Shown here in pieces: positions 23,401 to 34,555 of a stretch of 64,000 bases of DNA. A model generated the notes under the pieces. It was not told where the DNA came from, did no database searches, and saw nothing but the letters and a program-made list of their open reading frames with translations. The stretch is from Amoebophrya sp. A120. Taxonomy: Eukaryota > Protista > Dinoflagellata. The first letter of the stretch is position 1. Each line of letters begins with the position of its first letter. The position numbers were made by a program, and so were the translations under genes. The stretch covers positions 12,223,621-12,287,620 of the forward strand of contig CAJINV010000002.1 of NCBI GenBank assembly GCA_905178155.1, given 5' to 3'.

Positions 23401-25326
23401 CGCGAGATCAACGAGATCGGGCACGAGATCAACGAGATCGCGGGGGAGATCAGGCGGGAGATCATGAATTTCCGCCAGCGAGATCAGCGAGATTGGGCAC
23501 GAAATAAACGAGATCGCGGGGGAGATCAGGCGGAGATCATGCGATATCGATCGCTTTGATATCGACCGTTCTCGCGTCGTCCCAATGCGAGATCGTAGCA
23601 GGGCCCGCGGGGGGGCGCCGGCTTTCCCAGCCGTCGAGGCCGCCGGCGTTCACGACCGATATCGCCAATCCCGGGCTGCTACTTCTACGACGTCGCGCGG
23701 CGGCCGCTTCGAAAATTTTACGCAGCGCCCCTGGTTGCAGTTACAGAGCGCCGCTGCACCGGCGCGGTCAAGCCGAAAGGCTTCAGAGAGAACCGCGGGC
23801 AGGTCTTTGGCCGTGCCATCTCTCGCGAATTTCATGACGCTGAATCGACCAGCCGCTGCGGAGGCATGGCGCAGAACGGCCGAGGGGTTTACGCTATGCC
23901 GACGAATCCCCGGGCAGACAGACCAGGGCAACGATGGGCCTCGCGCGGTGCCCTCCAATGGGCGAAAATCTTGAAATTCCGTTATATCAGTTATATCATC
24001 ATGGGAATTGGACCACATAACAAGTTCTAGAGCCTGCTCATCCACAGATCGGTTTGTATTTTTGAGCGTACTATCTGCTGTCTCCTGCAGCTGTGTTCGC
24101 TTTTCATCTACTGCAGTGTGCTCACCTGCTAGTGCTACATGAGGATGTTGTCCACGCGCGCTCCTCTGCTCCGATAAGGCTTCCTCAGATTCGATTATCG
24201 CGTCTTCGCCTTCTTGTTGCTCTGGAAGGTAGTGCCACGGCAGGCCGTAGGGGGAGTTGTACAGCTCCGCCAGTAACTTGTCTTGCAAGTAATACCGCGC
24301 ATCGTCGAAGAACTCACGTTCGTATTCCTTGTAGCTGATGCAAAGGCCCGCCCTTCGAAAATACCTCTTCATCATGTCCACCGCCGTAGCATAAGCGTGC
24401 TTGTCATCGGAAACCTGCGCTGGGCAAATCACCATACAAATTTCCACCTTCGACGGCTGCAATCCATGATGAAGGCGTAGCACATTGTGGCAAAAGTTGG
24501 ATGCGTAGTCATTTTTTTTCCTCCCCCGCACCAAAATAGCGCTGTCCGCGCTGATCACGACCCGAAACGTGACATCTCGTGCGTCCCTGACGCTTGCCCC
24601 CGCCTCCGCGAGCCGCGGTTTGATTTCCTGCGGAAATTTTTCGTCCTCTAATTGCACCGCCCCGCCACGCTCGTCTTGATGCGCACAAATCTCTTTGTGT
24701 AGTGTGCGCCAGTAGACAGTTTGCGCGGCAAACATGTGCGCCTTGTTATTCACATAGTAGGCACTGACAGAGAGGTCCTCGAAAAATTTCAGACCGCGCT
24801 CCTGCAGATCCTCAAGTACGAACTGATCTTGTTCCGTCTCCTCGATAATACCATCGAGCTGACCCTTTTTCTTCATCCGCTTGTATGTTCGCCGCATCAA
24901 TGCCACGGTAGATTCACCGATGAGCACAGTCGCTTGATGTTGAGCTGCAGCCATGACCGGCGCAGACATTGACAAGGAGCTACAAGCCGACGGTGTCAAT
25001 GTGTGCGAGGAGGAGCTGAACCCAGAATTTTGTTTTGGGCTGGTAGTTGCATCTTCGAGGTGCTGATATTGACGAGCAGCCGCAGCCGCATCGTCCTCGT
25101 CCTGGTGAGTCTGACACGCTTCTGTGATGATGCCACTAGTGCAGGCCACTGAGGCTCCAGCGGGAGCCAAGACATGGTCTACAATGTCAGCAAAGAGAGC
25201 CTCTGCCTCGTCCCGATCATGCACTTCTTGCGCGTTGGCATTGTTTTGGAACGGGTTCGCGGGACCTGCGTCCACGGTTGTAGTCCCAGGGATTAGCCTG
25301 CTCTTCGAGAGCCCCGGGCTTGACAT
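20444..25326 (-). CDS. Multidomain protein with a divergent Pol-beta-superfamily nucleotidyltransferase domain (Cid1/TRF4/TUTase-like); 3' end uncertain
   Basis: Exons 25326-24021, 22722-21887 and 21639-~21178, with a possible last exon ~20935-20444 (phase unresolved). Motif LQGSRWGQYSCADSDFDSLV matches hGS-x-DxD; later LNFWCKRS...GLHIARFMRLFLNFI resembles the TUTase/PAP central helices. Confidence 0.65.
22728..24020. mobile_element. 1293-bp TIR element acting as a putative giant introner, TSD CAAGT
   Basis: ~60-bp imperfect TIR: GTGGTCCAAGTTCCCAAGATGATCTTACGCATGTAACCGATTTTAAAAATTTCGC versus reverse complement GTGGTCCAATTCCCATGATGATATAACTGATATAACGGAATTTCAAGATTTTCGC. CAAGT at 22723-22727 and 24021-24025; excision fuses DEQALEL to AFRKMSDG in frame. 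Confidence 0.82.
23219..23541. repeat. Opposed GATCTC and GAGATC motif arrays, including a 76-bp tandem duplication
   Basis: GATCTC copies at ~23219-23310; GAGATC copies at ~23401-23540; the duplicated unit starts ATGAATTTCCGCC at 23388 and 23464. Confidence 0.85.
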
Positions 25327-28005
25327 GTTTTTCAGCTATGCATATGTGGCAAAGACAATAAAGAGAAAGACGTCGGTCCTGGTCGTGGTCCCGATAATAA
25401 GGAGTTTTCCTTTTCAGATCTTCAACGTTCTACTTTCAAGTTCAACATATTTACCCATTCGAAAACGAATGAAACCTCGAAAGATGGCGCGACCCTTTAG
25501 CGACGCTGTGTCAACTACGCGAGCGTCTTCGTATTTTTAGATAAAGATGACAAGTTGTCGAGAATAAGTTCGTCCGCCTGAAAACGCGGCAAAGCAAGCT
25601 AGTACGAATCCAAAAACCCAAGTACCTCAAGCCATAGTGAAATACTTGTCCGCGGCCGTACGAGGATCTTTCGATTCGTTCTTGTGGACGCACAAAATAC
25701 TTGAAATCACGCGTACTAGCACGGCCGGCTTACTACTTGTCACACTATGTACAATCGCGGTCACGTACATATACTTGATCTTCTGCTTCTTGTGGTTGTG
25801 ATGCGCTCCTTCTGCAAACAAATCAACTCTGAATGCTTGACTTCTGCATTTGATCCTGCTTCGAAATCAGTCGTGCACGTACTGAAAAAACTCCAGATCA
25901 TCATCGGCACATGATCGAATGAATGACTTGCCTCGTCTCTCTCTGTCAGTCTTTGTTCCGTGGCGGAAGAATGAAAAGAAGGGCTAAAATCTACGATATG
26001 AACCTTTAATTGAAGATGATGATCATGAAGAACAGCAACGACAACTTGCCAAATCCTCATGCCAGACGGATTGCGGGGCGCCATCGGCATCGCGATGCCG
26101 GCAGCCTCCGCTTAGGCGTATCCGTATCCCACGGCAAGTGCGTGTGCCTGTGGTGTTCCTATAAACATTGGGGTGGTTCTTCTACCTCGCGCAAGCGGAA
26201 AATTGATCGATGGGAGTCCTCGTGGTCTGCAGCATGTATTTATTTTGTACATTGATCAGGTCGACTTCGACGGGCCTACAGTGACGTTGCAGATGCCGTG
26301 TCTGTGTCATAGTCAGGGCGTCAGGGCGGTATATACATAGAAGCACTCTACTGAATAATCGAAATGTTGCTTGGAGGTTCCACGCAACTTACCTACTCGT
26401 GGTCGTCAACAGCGCCTGAGTACGCGTTGAGCCGATCAGAAAAGCTCACGATGCTCCTGTGCAAAGATCGCTACAACTGCGTTGACTCTAAGCTGGACAG
26501 ACACAAGCGACGAGCTGCGACAAGAGACCAAAGTGTACGTGATTTCGAGCAACCATACACTGCATGTTGATTGACATTGCTTGAGCAGTGGTGACTCCGG
26601 ATGCGATGTTGAGCGATAGTGAACGGGATGCGCAAACACTCTCTTGAGCAAAATAGAAGGAACCAAAAACTACCTATCGGAGGGAGGGAGACGTATATCC
26701 TTGTGACCTGGAATAAATTCACTTTCACACTATTCTGAGCGAAGAAAATAGCCATACCCCGGGTGGGAGAAAGGTAAAGCGAACCGCTCGGATTGTCTTG
26801 TTCTACTGTGGAGCGAATGTCATACCCATTTTTTTAGCGCAAGCTAGCGTTTGCGTTGATGGCAACGCAGGACACAATAAATGTCCCTCGATAATATTGA
26901 TGTAAGCCTAAGCGTATTGATGATTGTCTGTGCGACGTCACCTACATAGTACAAGCCGTTCCGTAGCAGAGTAGCGGGGCTGCAGCGCTGCTTGGCCTCT
27001 TGAAAAAGGTGGCGTAACACATAACAAGAAATACGTTACAGGGGTGGTGTGAAATTATCGCTAATATCCACCGTGCCATATGAAATCTGAAGTTGCACCA
27101 TTGACACGACCTGCTTCGACTAAGCCCTTCGTTCCCTACAAAGTAACTGTAGCGTTGAGTTGGTAAAGTAATTATTGCGGCATTTCCTAGGAAAGCGCAA
27201 CACTTCTAGCTCTACCAGCTCCTCCGACAATAGTAATCGACCACAGGAGAGAAAACGAAAGCAAGCCTGTATGTCGAGTTTGGACAATTTCTTGACAAAA
27301 AAGTGGTAATGACAGAAACGCAAGAGCATAAAAAAGGAGGGTTGACATTTTCTGCCCCACAGCACCGTATTCTGCGATTTACTTTCAGGTCATAGAAACA
27401 TACCTTCTGGGAACGAGACGGATAGCCATAGGAGAACGATCTTACTTTGTAGACGAGGGCTATCAGAGATTGCTCTTCATGGACAGAAAAGTAAAAGTTA
27501 GCGTAAGTAGCATTAGGAAAATAGTTTACATATTGCAATAGATACACAAAGCGTGCGAAACTTGAGTTTTTCTCTGAGATAGAAAGCAACATGTTGAAAC
27601 CGCTGTAAAGAAAATATGACGTAGAATGTAGTGCGTTAAATACTAGGAGTCGGAGTGAAACAACAAAGAAACAGCTACTATTTTCTGCATCGGCCAAAAT
27701 GACCATAGTAGTTCTGGACGAAAACTACATACGTGTCATCTTTGCCGAATTTAGTTGCCAACTACTTTCAAATTGTTTCCGAAATCTGATGACTACTAGC
27801 TGCGCATAGATCTGTTTATGTATTTCGTCACGTCGTCTCAACTTGGTGCTGTGATTGTTATTTAGCGTTTTGAGTAAATTTCAGACTCTGAAGAAACAGA
27901 TACATCAAGGTGTCTTGATAATCATACAAACGAGGAAAGAATTATTTCGCCGCAATAATGTTTCCTAAACAGTTTTGCGAATTAAAAGAGGAAACATTTT
28001 CGATT

Positions 28006-30841
28006 TTAATCCTTGGTGGTCTTGGCAGCGGCAATCAGGTCGTAGGATGGGTCAGCCGGGCCCATGCCATCCAACAGGCGCTGCTTCTGCTTCTCGACGT
28101 TGCCCTTCGCGGCCTTCGCCAACCACCAATCCGGCTGGTTTTTAGTTTTTTGATGACATCTTCAGGTTGAAGCTCTACTTTCGTTGTCACTCACAACCAA
28201 CGTGACTATGAAAAGCATCATGTTCATGCCGGCAACTACTTAAAAATTCGATTTCATTTTTTTTTTTACGACCACGTCATTTGTAGAAGTTTATGAACAG
28301 AAAATAAAAAACTAAATGACGCCGGCACTTGCTTCAAGAGGATTTATTTCATTTTTCAGAAAAATGCATGTACCTGCTTGTCCCCCTGCGGGATTTTGTA
28401 GATTCGCTCGCGCAACGCGACCTCGTACGCGGCAGCCTCCTCGTGGGTCTTGCACTTGATGAAGATCTGCAGCAGAGTGCAGCCCGCACCGGAGGCAGCA
28501 TCGTCGGAGGTGATGGTGTAGTTGCGCTGTTTCACATGACGGACCAGCTCGACTTTACCTGTTGACGTTGATGAAATTATTTGTGCATGATGAAAAACGA
28601 AAAACCACATAAACTAAAGGGCAGCAGATCCACAACAAAAAAGGCAGTGGAAGTAAGTTGTAGTACTTAAAAACAAAAAACATCGGTGAAAATAACGCAA
28701 GAAGCAGTAAGAAAAAGAATAAGAAGCCTGCCTCGACGTACAGATTACAAAACAAGAACTCCAGAAATAGCAAAAACAAGCTACCAGTGCCCTCGATGTG
28801 GTCGACGAACTGGTAGTCCAGGATTTCGTTGGCCATCTTGCCTTCGCAGCCCATGACGTTGATCAGGGCCTGCAGAGACACGGCGTAGTCGTTGTCACGC
28901 CACTTGGTCCACGGGGTGACCTTCGGCGGCGTGTTGTCCAGGACCAGGTCGAAGTTATCCGCCCACAGGTTGGTCTTGTAGGCGATCTGGTACGGAATGT
29001 GGTAGGCGTGCGCGCACCGCGGGTTGATCTCGCAGAAGCAGAACTCGACCGGGCCGCCCTCCGGGGTTAACGCCCAGATTTCGACGTTGAAAAACTGCTG
29101 CAGGTAGCCTGATGGTGATGTTAAGGAGGTTTTCTTTCCTTTCTACGTGGTTCAAAGAACAGGACACTCGTCACGCGGCAAAGAAACTTACGTCGCCGGT
29201 GCCAGTATATCAAACAAAAAAGCAAAACAACTGCGAAAGCTGCATTGCAGCAACTGCGAAGGTTCAGGCACTGAAACTAAACATCAGCTCTGAGACAAAA
29301 ATAAGCCGCTAGGACCACGTAAGTGGTATAGCGGCAGACGCAGAGAGACCAACGGCAACGCAACAGCAGCTATGGTTGATTCTATTTGAATAAGTTTCAC
29401 ATCAAATACACACATCATCATCATCAACATCTTTCTGGATTACTACCCTTTTCGATGAGGCCGCCCATGTAGCCGCTGAGGTACTCTTCGAGTTCCGGGA
29501 TTTTGTTCCTCGGGTAGGACATGGGCGGGGTTATGTAGGCCAAGCCCGCGTGTTCGGTGGAGTACATTTCCTCGGTGAAGCCGTAGTGGTGGAGCGCGCC
29601 CTCCGCGGTGATGCAGCCTTCGTAGCAGTACTCGACCCAGCCCAGGTCCAGGTTGACGCAGTGCTCCGCCAGGAAGGGGGGCACGTCGCAGTCCAGCTTG
29701 GCGTGGTCAGCCTCGGTGAAGTACTCGAGGATGGAGTCGTTGGTCTTCTTGATGGCGGCCTGCAGCGGCGCGTTCGCCCGGTACTCGTCCAGGATCTGGG
29801 CCATGGCCTCCGGGGTCTTGCAGCGGAACACGCCGCGGCCCAGGGACAGGGAGGTGTTCTTCAGCATGCAGGGCCACTCGTCGGCGGGGATCTTCGCGAT
29901 GATCTCCTCGTTGGTCTCGTTCTCCGGGGTGACCGGCGCGAACCAGAAGGGCTTCTTCTCGATCGTGCGCTGCATGTACTTGTTCATGGCCACCAGGTAG
30001 GCCAGGGAGGAGATGGACACCGAGCCCATCTCGCGGTTGATCAGGGCGTGTTGCCAGGAGTCCTTCTGCTATCAAATGTAAAAATGTCCTCTGGGTCTGG
30101 AAGAATGCAAGTTTGTCATGCTTGTCTCACATGACTCTTAAATTTGTCATGCACATTACCCAAGAGCCCCACTTTTCTGTCATGCAGAAACGCTGTTTGT
30201 CATGCAGAATAGGCAATACCTAGAACAAGCTCAGAAACTTGTCATGCTGAGCCAGCACTTGTGGCCTCCTCGTGATACGCCACCCAGCATCACAAGTTTC
30301 CAGACCCAGACATTTTTACAATCCATATCTGCGCCAGCCCGACCACGCAGGGCAGGCCCTTGTCCCTGGCCTCGGCGGCCAGGGAGGCGATCATCGGCTT
30401 GGAGGAGTCGGTCTCGTCCGGGGTCATGATGTGGATGTCGTAGCGGGCGCGCAGCTGCTCGATGTACTTGCTCATGTAGGGCTGCGGGTTCAGCAGACCC
30501 AGGGAGCGGCGGGCGGTCACGACGTGCCTCACGCGGCGGTCGAACCGATCGGTGGCGTTGATCACCCGCTTGGTCAGCTCCGCGAGCTCCGGGGAGTTGT
30601 CGTTGGTGCGGTGGTAGTCCGAGGGCTGCTTCTCGAGGTACGCGGTCAGCGCGTCGAGGGCGGGCAGAAACTCCCCGTTCATCATTTCGTGGGCCTGGGC
30701 GCAGGCGTTGTAGGCACCGGACTTCGACTTGTTAGCGGCGTAGTTCTTACGCGTTGGCGCGGTCGGACCGGTCACGGGAGCCGGGGCGGGGGCTGCACCG
30801 CCCGCCGGGGCGTTGGCTGGAACACTGGCACCGCAACCCAT
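28006..30841 (-). CDS. ATP-grasp fold ligase (~589 aa) with an N-terminal myristoylation/palmitoylation motif
   Basis: Exons 30841-30328, 30064-29447, 29108-28785, 28558-28374 and 28134-28006 (1770 nt, open). Motifs MNKYMQR, WPCMLKNTSLSLGRGVFRC, FLAEHCV...EYCYEG, FNVEI, CEINPR; N-terminus MGCGAS. Confidence 0.85.
30070..30327. mobile_element. 258-bp TIR introner (family A), TSD TCTGC
   Basis: TATCAAATGTAAAAATGTCCTCTGGGTCTGGAA / TTCCAGACCCAGACATTTTTACAATCCATA; TCTGC at 30065-30069 and 30328-30332; excision gives VGLAQ-KDSWQHALINRE. Confidence 0.94.
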
Positions 30842-31978
30842 GGTTTTCAGGTGGAGGCGATGTTTCGGTTACTACGAACGGGAACAAAGCTTTAGCTTTA
30901 CGCGTTAAGTGGACGTCAATCTTCCCGAAGGAACAAAGGGCAAACAGCTCGACTACTGAAAGTTTGAGTGGATTCGTTAAGAATTAACGACGAGGTTGCT
31001 GTACTCTATTCAGTCAAAGACCGAAAAGAGGTTGTAGTGTACGAGTTTGACTTGGGAGTCGGGTTATTCCAACTAGAATAACCAGGAGGTTTTAGTGGCT
31101 GTTGTAGTGGTGTTTGCGGCATCACGATGAAAATGAAGTTCTTTGTCTTGCTTGCGAAGTTTTGCCTCTCTTTGGTCACGGTGAGGGTCACGATGTCCCC
31201 ATCCCTAACAACTACAAGAACGATTGATAATTCACGAGAGAGGTGGCGCGCACACTGGTCTGCACGTCACGATATTTACGAATGTGTACTTACGTTGGTC
31301 GTGCTTTTGATGAAGCGGCACGCGTATCGTCTTTTTCAGTCTCACGTAGTTCTACGGCCATGCTAGATACGTACCTCCTGCACAGACGTCGAAAAAAAAC
31401 CGAGACAAGTTCTTGCACTTTTACCTGCAGATCATGTGCGAGAGAAAACGAATGAAACCGATATAGTGGAAGGTCTTGCTTCTTTTCGCCTCTGCTACTG
31501 CTATGATAGCTGATAGATCATCAAGTCTCCAGGCATGTCTTCTCGTACTAGGCGAATTTCAAAAGCAAGTTCCGACGACGATGTGGATTTATCTTTCTAT
31601 TGCGTTTGCGCAGCAGCAGCTCGTCTCTCGCTATCAAGTACAATACTTAATCTTAAGTTTCAGTTTGTTTTTGAACCGAAGGAATGTCGATTTATTCAAT
31701 ACGTCGACTAAACCTCCTTACTTACAACCGACGATGCGTTCAGTTTGTGTTTATGTTTATCATCCTGCTCCTGGCATTTCGATATTACTATTGCATCTTC
31801 AAGGCGGGAACGTCGGTCGGCAGGCCGTGCTATTCGAGCGCGCACTTGGATTTTCATTTTTATAGTTTTGGTTTTTGTCTCATGATCAATTCCATTCTCA
31901 CTTCCTACCTGGTTTTTAGGGCTCTTGAAGCGCGCAAGAAAACTACAGCAGGTGGAAAATCCCCCGAGTGACGATACT

Positions 31979-33295
31979 TCACTCAACACTAAGTCCGGCG
32001 TGCGTAACGCTTTTGGGCGTAAGCGGATCTGCATCTCTACCTTGATTTGCTTTATTCCGCCCCGCCCCCGCTGCTGTCATCACCATTTTCTTGATTTCGT
32101 TCCGCATCCTCGCGACGGACCACGTGCTTTCCAGTTCCTTTTTGTGTCGCTTCTGTAGCTCTTTCGCCACGGCCTCAGCGGCCGTCGGTTCTTTGTGTGC
32201 GTGGCGCAAAAGTTTTGGCGGCGCCATGCCAAATCCTTCGTCTGACATGGCGAGCGTCTCATCCTCGTCGACGTCGTCGACGTGCACAGAAACTTGCGTT
32301 CCGTCGGCAAGCTCCTCCGTGTGATCAGCATGGTCGCGGTCATGGTGCTTGGCGCCTTCCACCTTTTCGTCATGCAGCGTCGTCGTCCTCGGATCGTCTG
32401 TTTCGATCGCAATGTGTGCGTGCGTGTCCCCCTCGCTGGGCGCTAATCCGGCGGACCTCACAACTTTGTGCTTCAATTTTGGTCCACGGTAGGGACGCAG
32501 ATCCAGCATCAGTGGGCCATCTTGTCTGTCCTCAGGCATAGCCCATTTTGCGACCACCGGCGGCTCGCTTGCTTCCACGACAAAATTTTCCTCTCCCTCA
32601 GTCAGTGCCGGCCCCAGTGCAGGTTCGTCGCCAGTCGGAAACGCGGGCGGCTTCCGCAGGTGGTTTTCCACCGCGCTTCCTCCGGTAGTTGTGCCATCAC
32701 CCCCGCCACCTCCACTGCCAGTGACTGGGATCGAAGGTGGAGTCTGCTGCAGGCCCTCTGCGGCCATTTGCTGCGAGACAGGGTCGTCGGGGTCTCCCAT
32801 CTGGTCTCCGGCCTTTTCGATTTTTTCGTCCATCTCGTCCAGTCTCTGCTGGTCAATGTTGCTCCATGTCCCGCTCTCCGACTGCTTCTCCATGGCGTGT
32901 TGATGCACAAGCTTCTCCCTGTGAGCATCTTGCAGAAAAAGCTCCGTCTCCGAATCCGGGTGGAACTCGAACGATGTTCTGGTGATCCTAGCGAAGCCAA
33001 TCCCATTCCGCGTGGTCCTCCTGTGTGCTGAAAATTTGCCCGACTGAAGCTCCCCATTCGGAAGCTGCTGGCTCGATACGCCGCCCAGATTGAAGATGAA
33101 GTTGTGGAAGTGGTGGTGGTCTGTATTATCCAGTCTGTAATGTGGAGTGCTGCTGCTGGACGAGCTAGCTCCGGTCGCTCCTGCCCATGATGCGTCAGCG
33201 GATCCACCGGTGGTGCAGTCAGAGTGGAAAAAACTGCTTGCGGCGAGATTCGGAGTACCATCTCCATCGGCCAAAAAGCTTCGCAGGAGACCCAT
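31979..33295 (-). CDS. Hypothetical acidic/low-complexity protein; terminal exons unresolved
   Basis: 438-aa ORF with plausible composition on the cluster strand; possible donor at NQG|GTAGAG and a possible upstream hydrophobic exon near 33640-33530. Confidence 0.55.
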   Translation of the reverse strand: MGLLRSFLADGDGTPNLAASSFFHSDCTTGGSADASWAGATGASSSSSSTPHYRLDNTDHHHFHNFIFNLGGVSSQQLPNGELQSGKFSAHRRTTRNGIGFARITRTSFEFHPDSETELFLQDAHREKLVHQHAMEKQSESGTWSNIDQQRLDEMDEKIEKAGDQMGDPDDPVSQQMAAEGLQQTPPSIPVTGSGGGGGDGTTTGGSAVENHLRKPPAFPTGDEPALGPALTEGEENFVVEASEPPVVAKWAMPEDRQDGPLMLDLRPYRGPKLKHKVVRSAGLAPSEGDTHAHIAIETDDPRTTTLHDEKVEGAKHHDRDHADHTEELADGTQVSVHVDDVDEDETLAMSDEGFGMAPPKLLRHAHKEPTAAEAVAKELQKRHKKELESTWSVARMRNEIKKMVMTAAGAGRNKANQGRDADPLTPKSVTHAGLSVE

Positions 33296-34555
33296 ACGTT
33301 CCAGAAAAACAAACTAAAACGATATAGGCTAAGCGCTACCTATTTTGCTTTCTTCCCTTGAACCTCCAGGTCGTGTGCCACTTCCCGTGATTTCCTTTCT
33401 TTATCTAGGTAGCCCTCGATCACGATCGACCACCAAGCAATACCATCCCGATTCTTCCTCGGTCGTGCACAATCTCTGGCGATATCTCGCTCTCGAGTAC
33501 TTGTCTTGCGGCCTGGAAAAAAAAAACTTCGGCAAGCAGGAGTACCATCGACGAATGACGAAAGAAAGTGCAAGAAAAGGACGACAGAAGTTGTGGTACG
33601 CAGAAAGCAAAAGTGCTGCGATGCGCCGGTGCGGATCACAGCTGCTTACTGCCAAGATAATACACACCGGTGCGGGGAGGCCTCAAACAACCACGGGAAG
33701 GTCTGCACCTTTATCAATATGTCTATTTGCTTGATTCCTGTTGTCGGCAAAACAATGCATCACTAGCGTCAGCCGCTTCTTGATTCATTGTTTGTAATGT
33801 GGCAAAAATCTGCAAAAATTTTGTGTGGTGTACACTCAACATCATCAAATTGACATTGACGAAACGCAATTAGTAGTTAATTTGAAATTTTTCATAAACA
33901 AAAAGAGTGCTGATCATGTATATACAACAACTCGCAAGCAGTTTGAACCTGCTGCTAGCTTGCTCAGCAACACAACATAATTCTACAGTGTAAGTTTGAC
34001 GAAAGCATGTGCTATACGTGGTCTTCTATTCTCGGAACTGTGGTCGAATCACGACAACTCAACTTCAGCACTACACGAAACAGCGTACAGAAAACGGTAA
34101 CAACATTAGTCAATGACAATGATCTAAAAAGGTTCCTGACAAAGACAAGTTTTGGCTTCATCCAGTTAAGGCAAATACTATTCTATCGTGCACCAGAAGA
34201 ATAAGCTACAGTGTTCGTAAAAGGCCAAAGCGAGCTCTACTAGGTTATGATTGTATCAACAACGTGTCTACAGTGAGTCATGGATGTGATGTGCCCAGCT
34301 TCGCACTTCGGCACCAACATCAAATAAAGGTCGCTAATGCTATTAAGTCAATTTCCAGAGCATTTTACAGGATTTTGTTGCTATTCAATTTTTATTTTCT
34401 TCTCTTCTATAATTCTCAAGAGACTTAATACCTACCAGCATCGATCTGTGTAATTCGTGCAGCGAAACAATCAAGAAGAATTCAATCGATTTTTTCTCAC
34501 ATTGAAAAAATTTTTGGCTTCCAAGTCAACCCGAGAATTCTTGTGCTGGATCTTC

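Noticed and set aside
23650-24020. C-terminal ~120 aa of the 558-aa ORF
   Set aside because: Read-through into the 1.3-kb TIR element; no transposase motif.
25400-27950. Short ORFs as a possible transposase or gene
   Set aside because: No motifs, codon bias or consistent splice chain; treated as intergenic/UTR.
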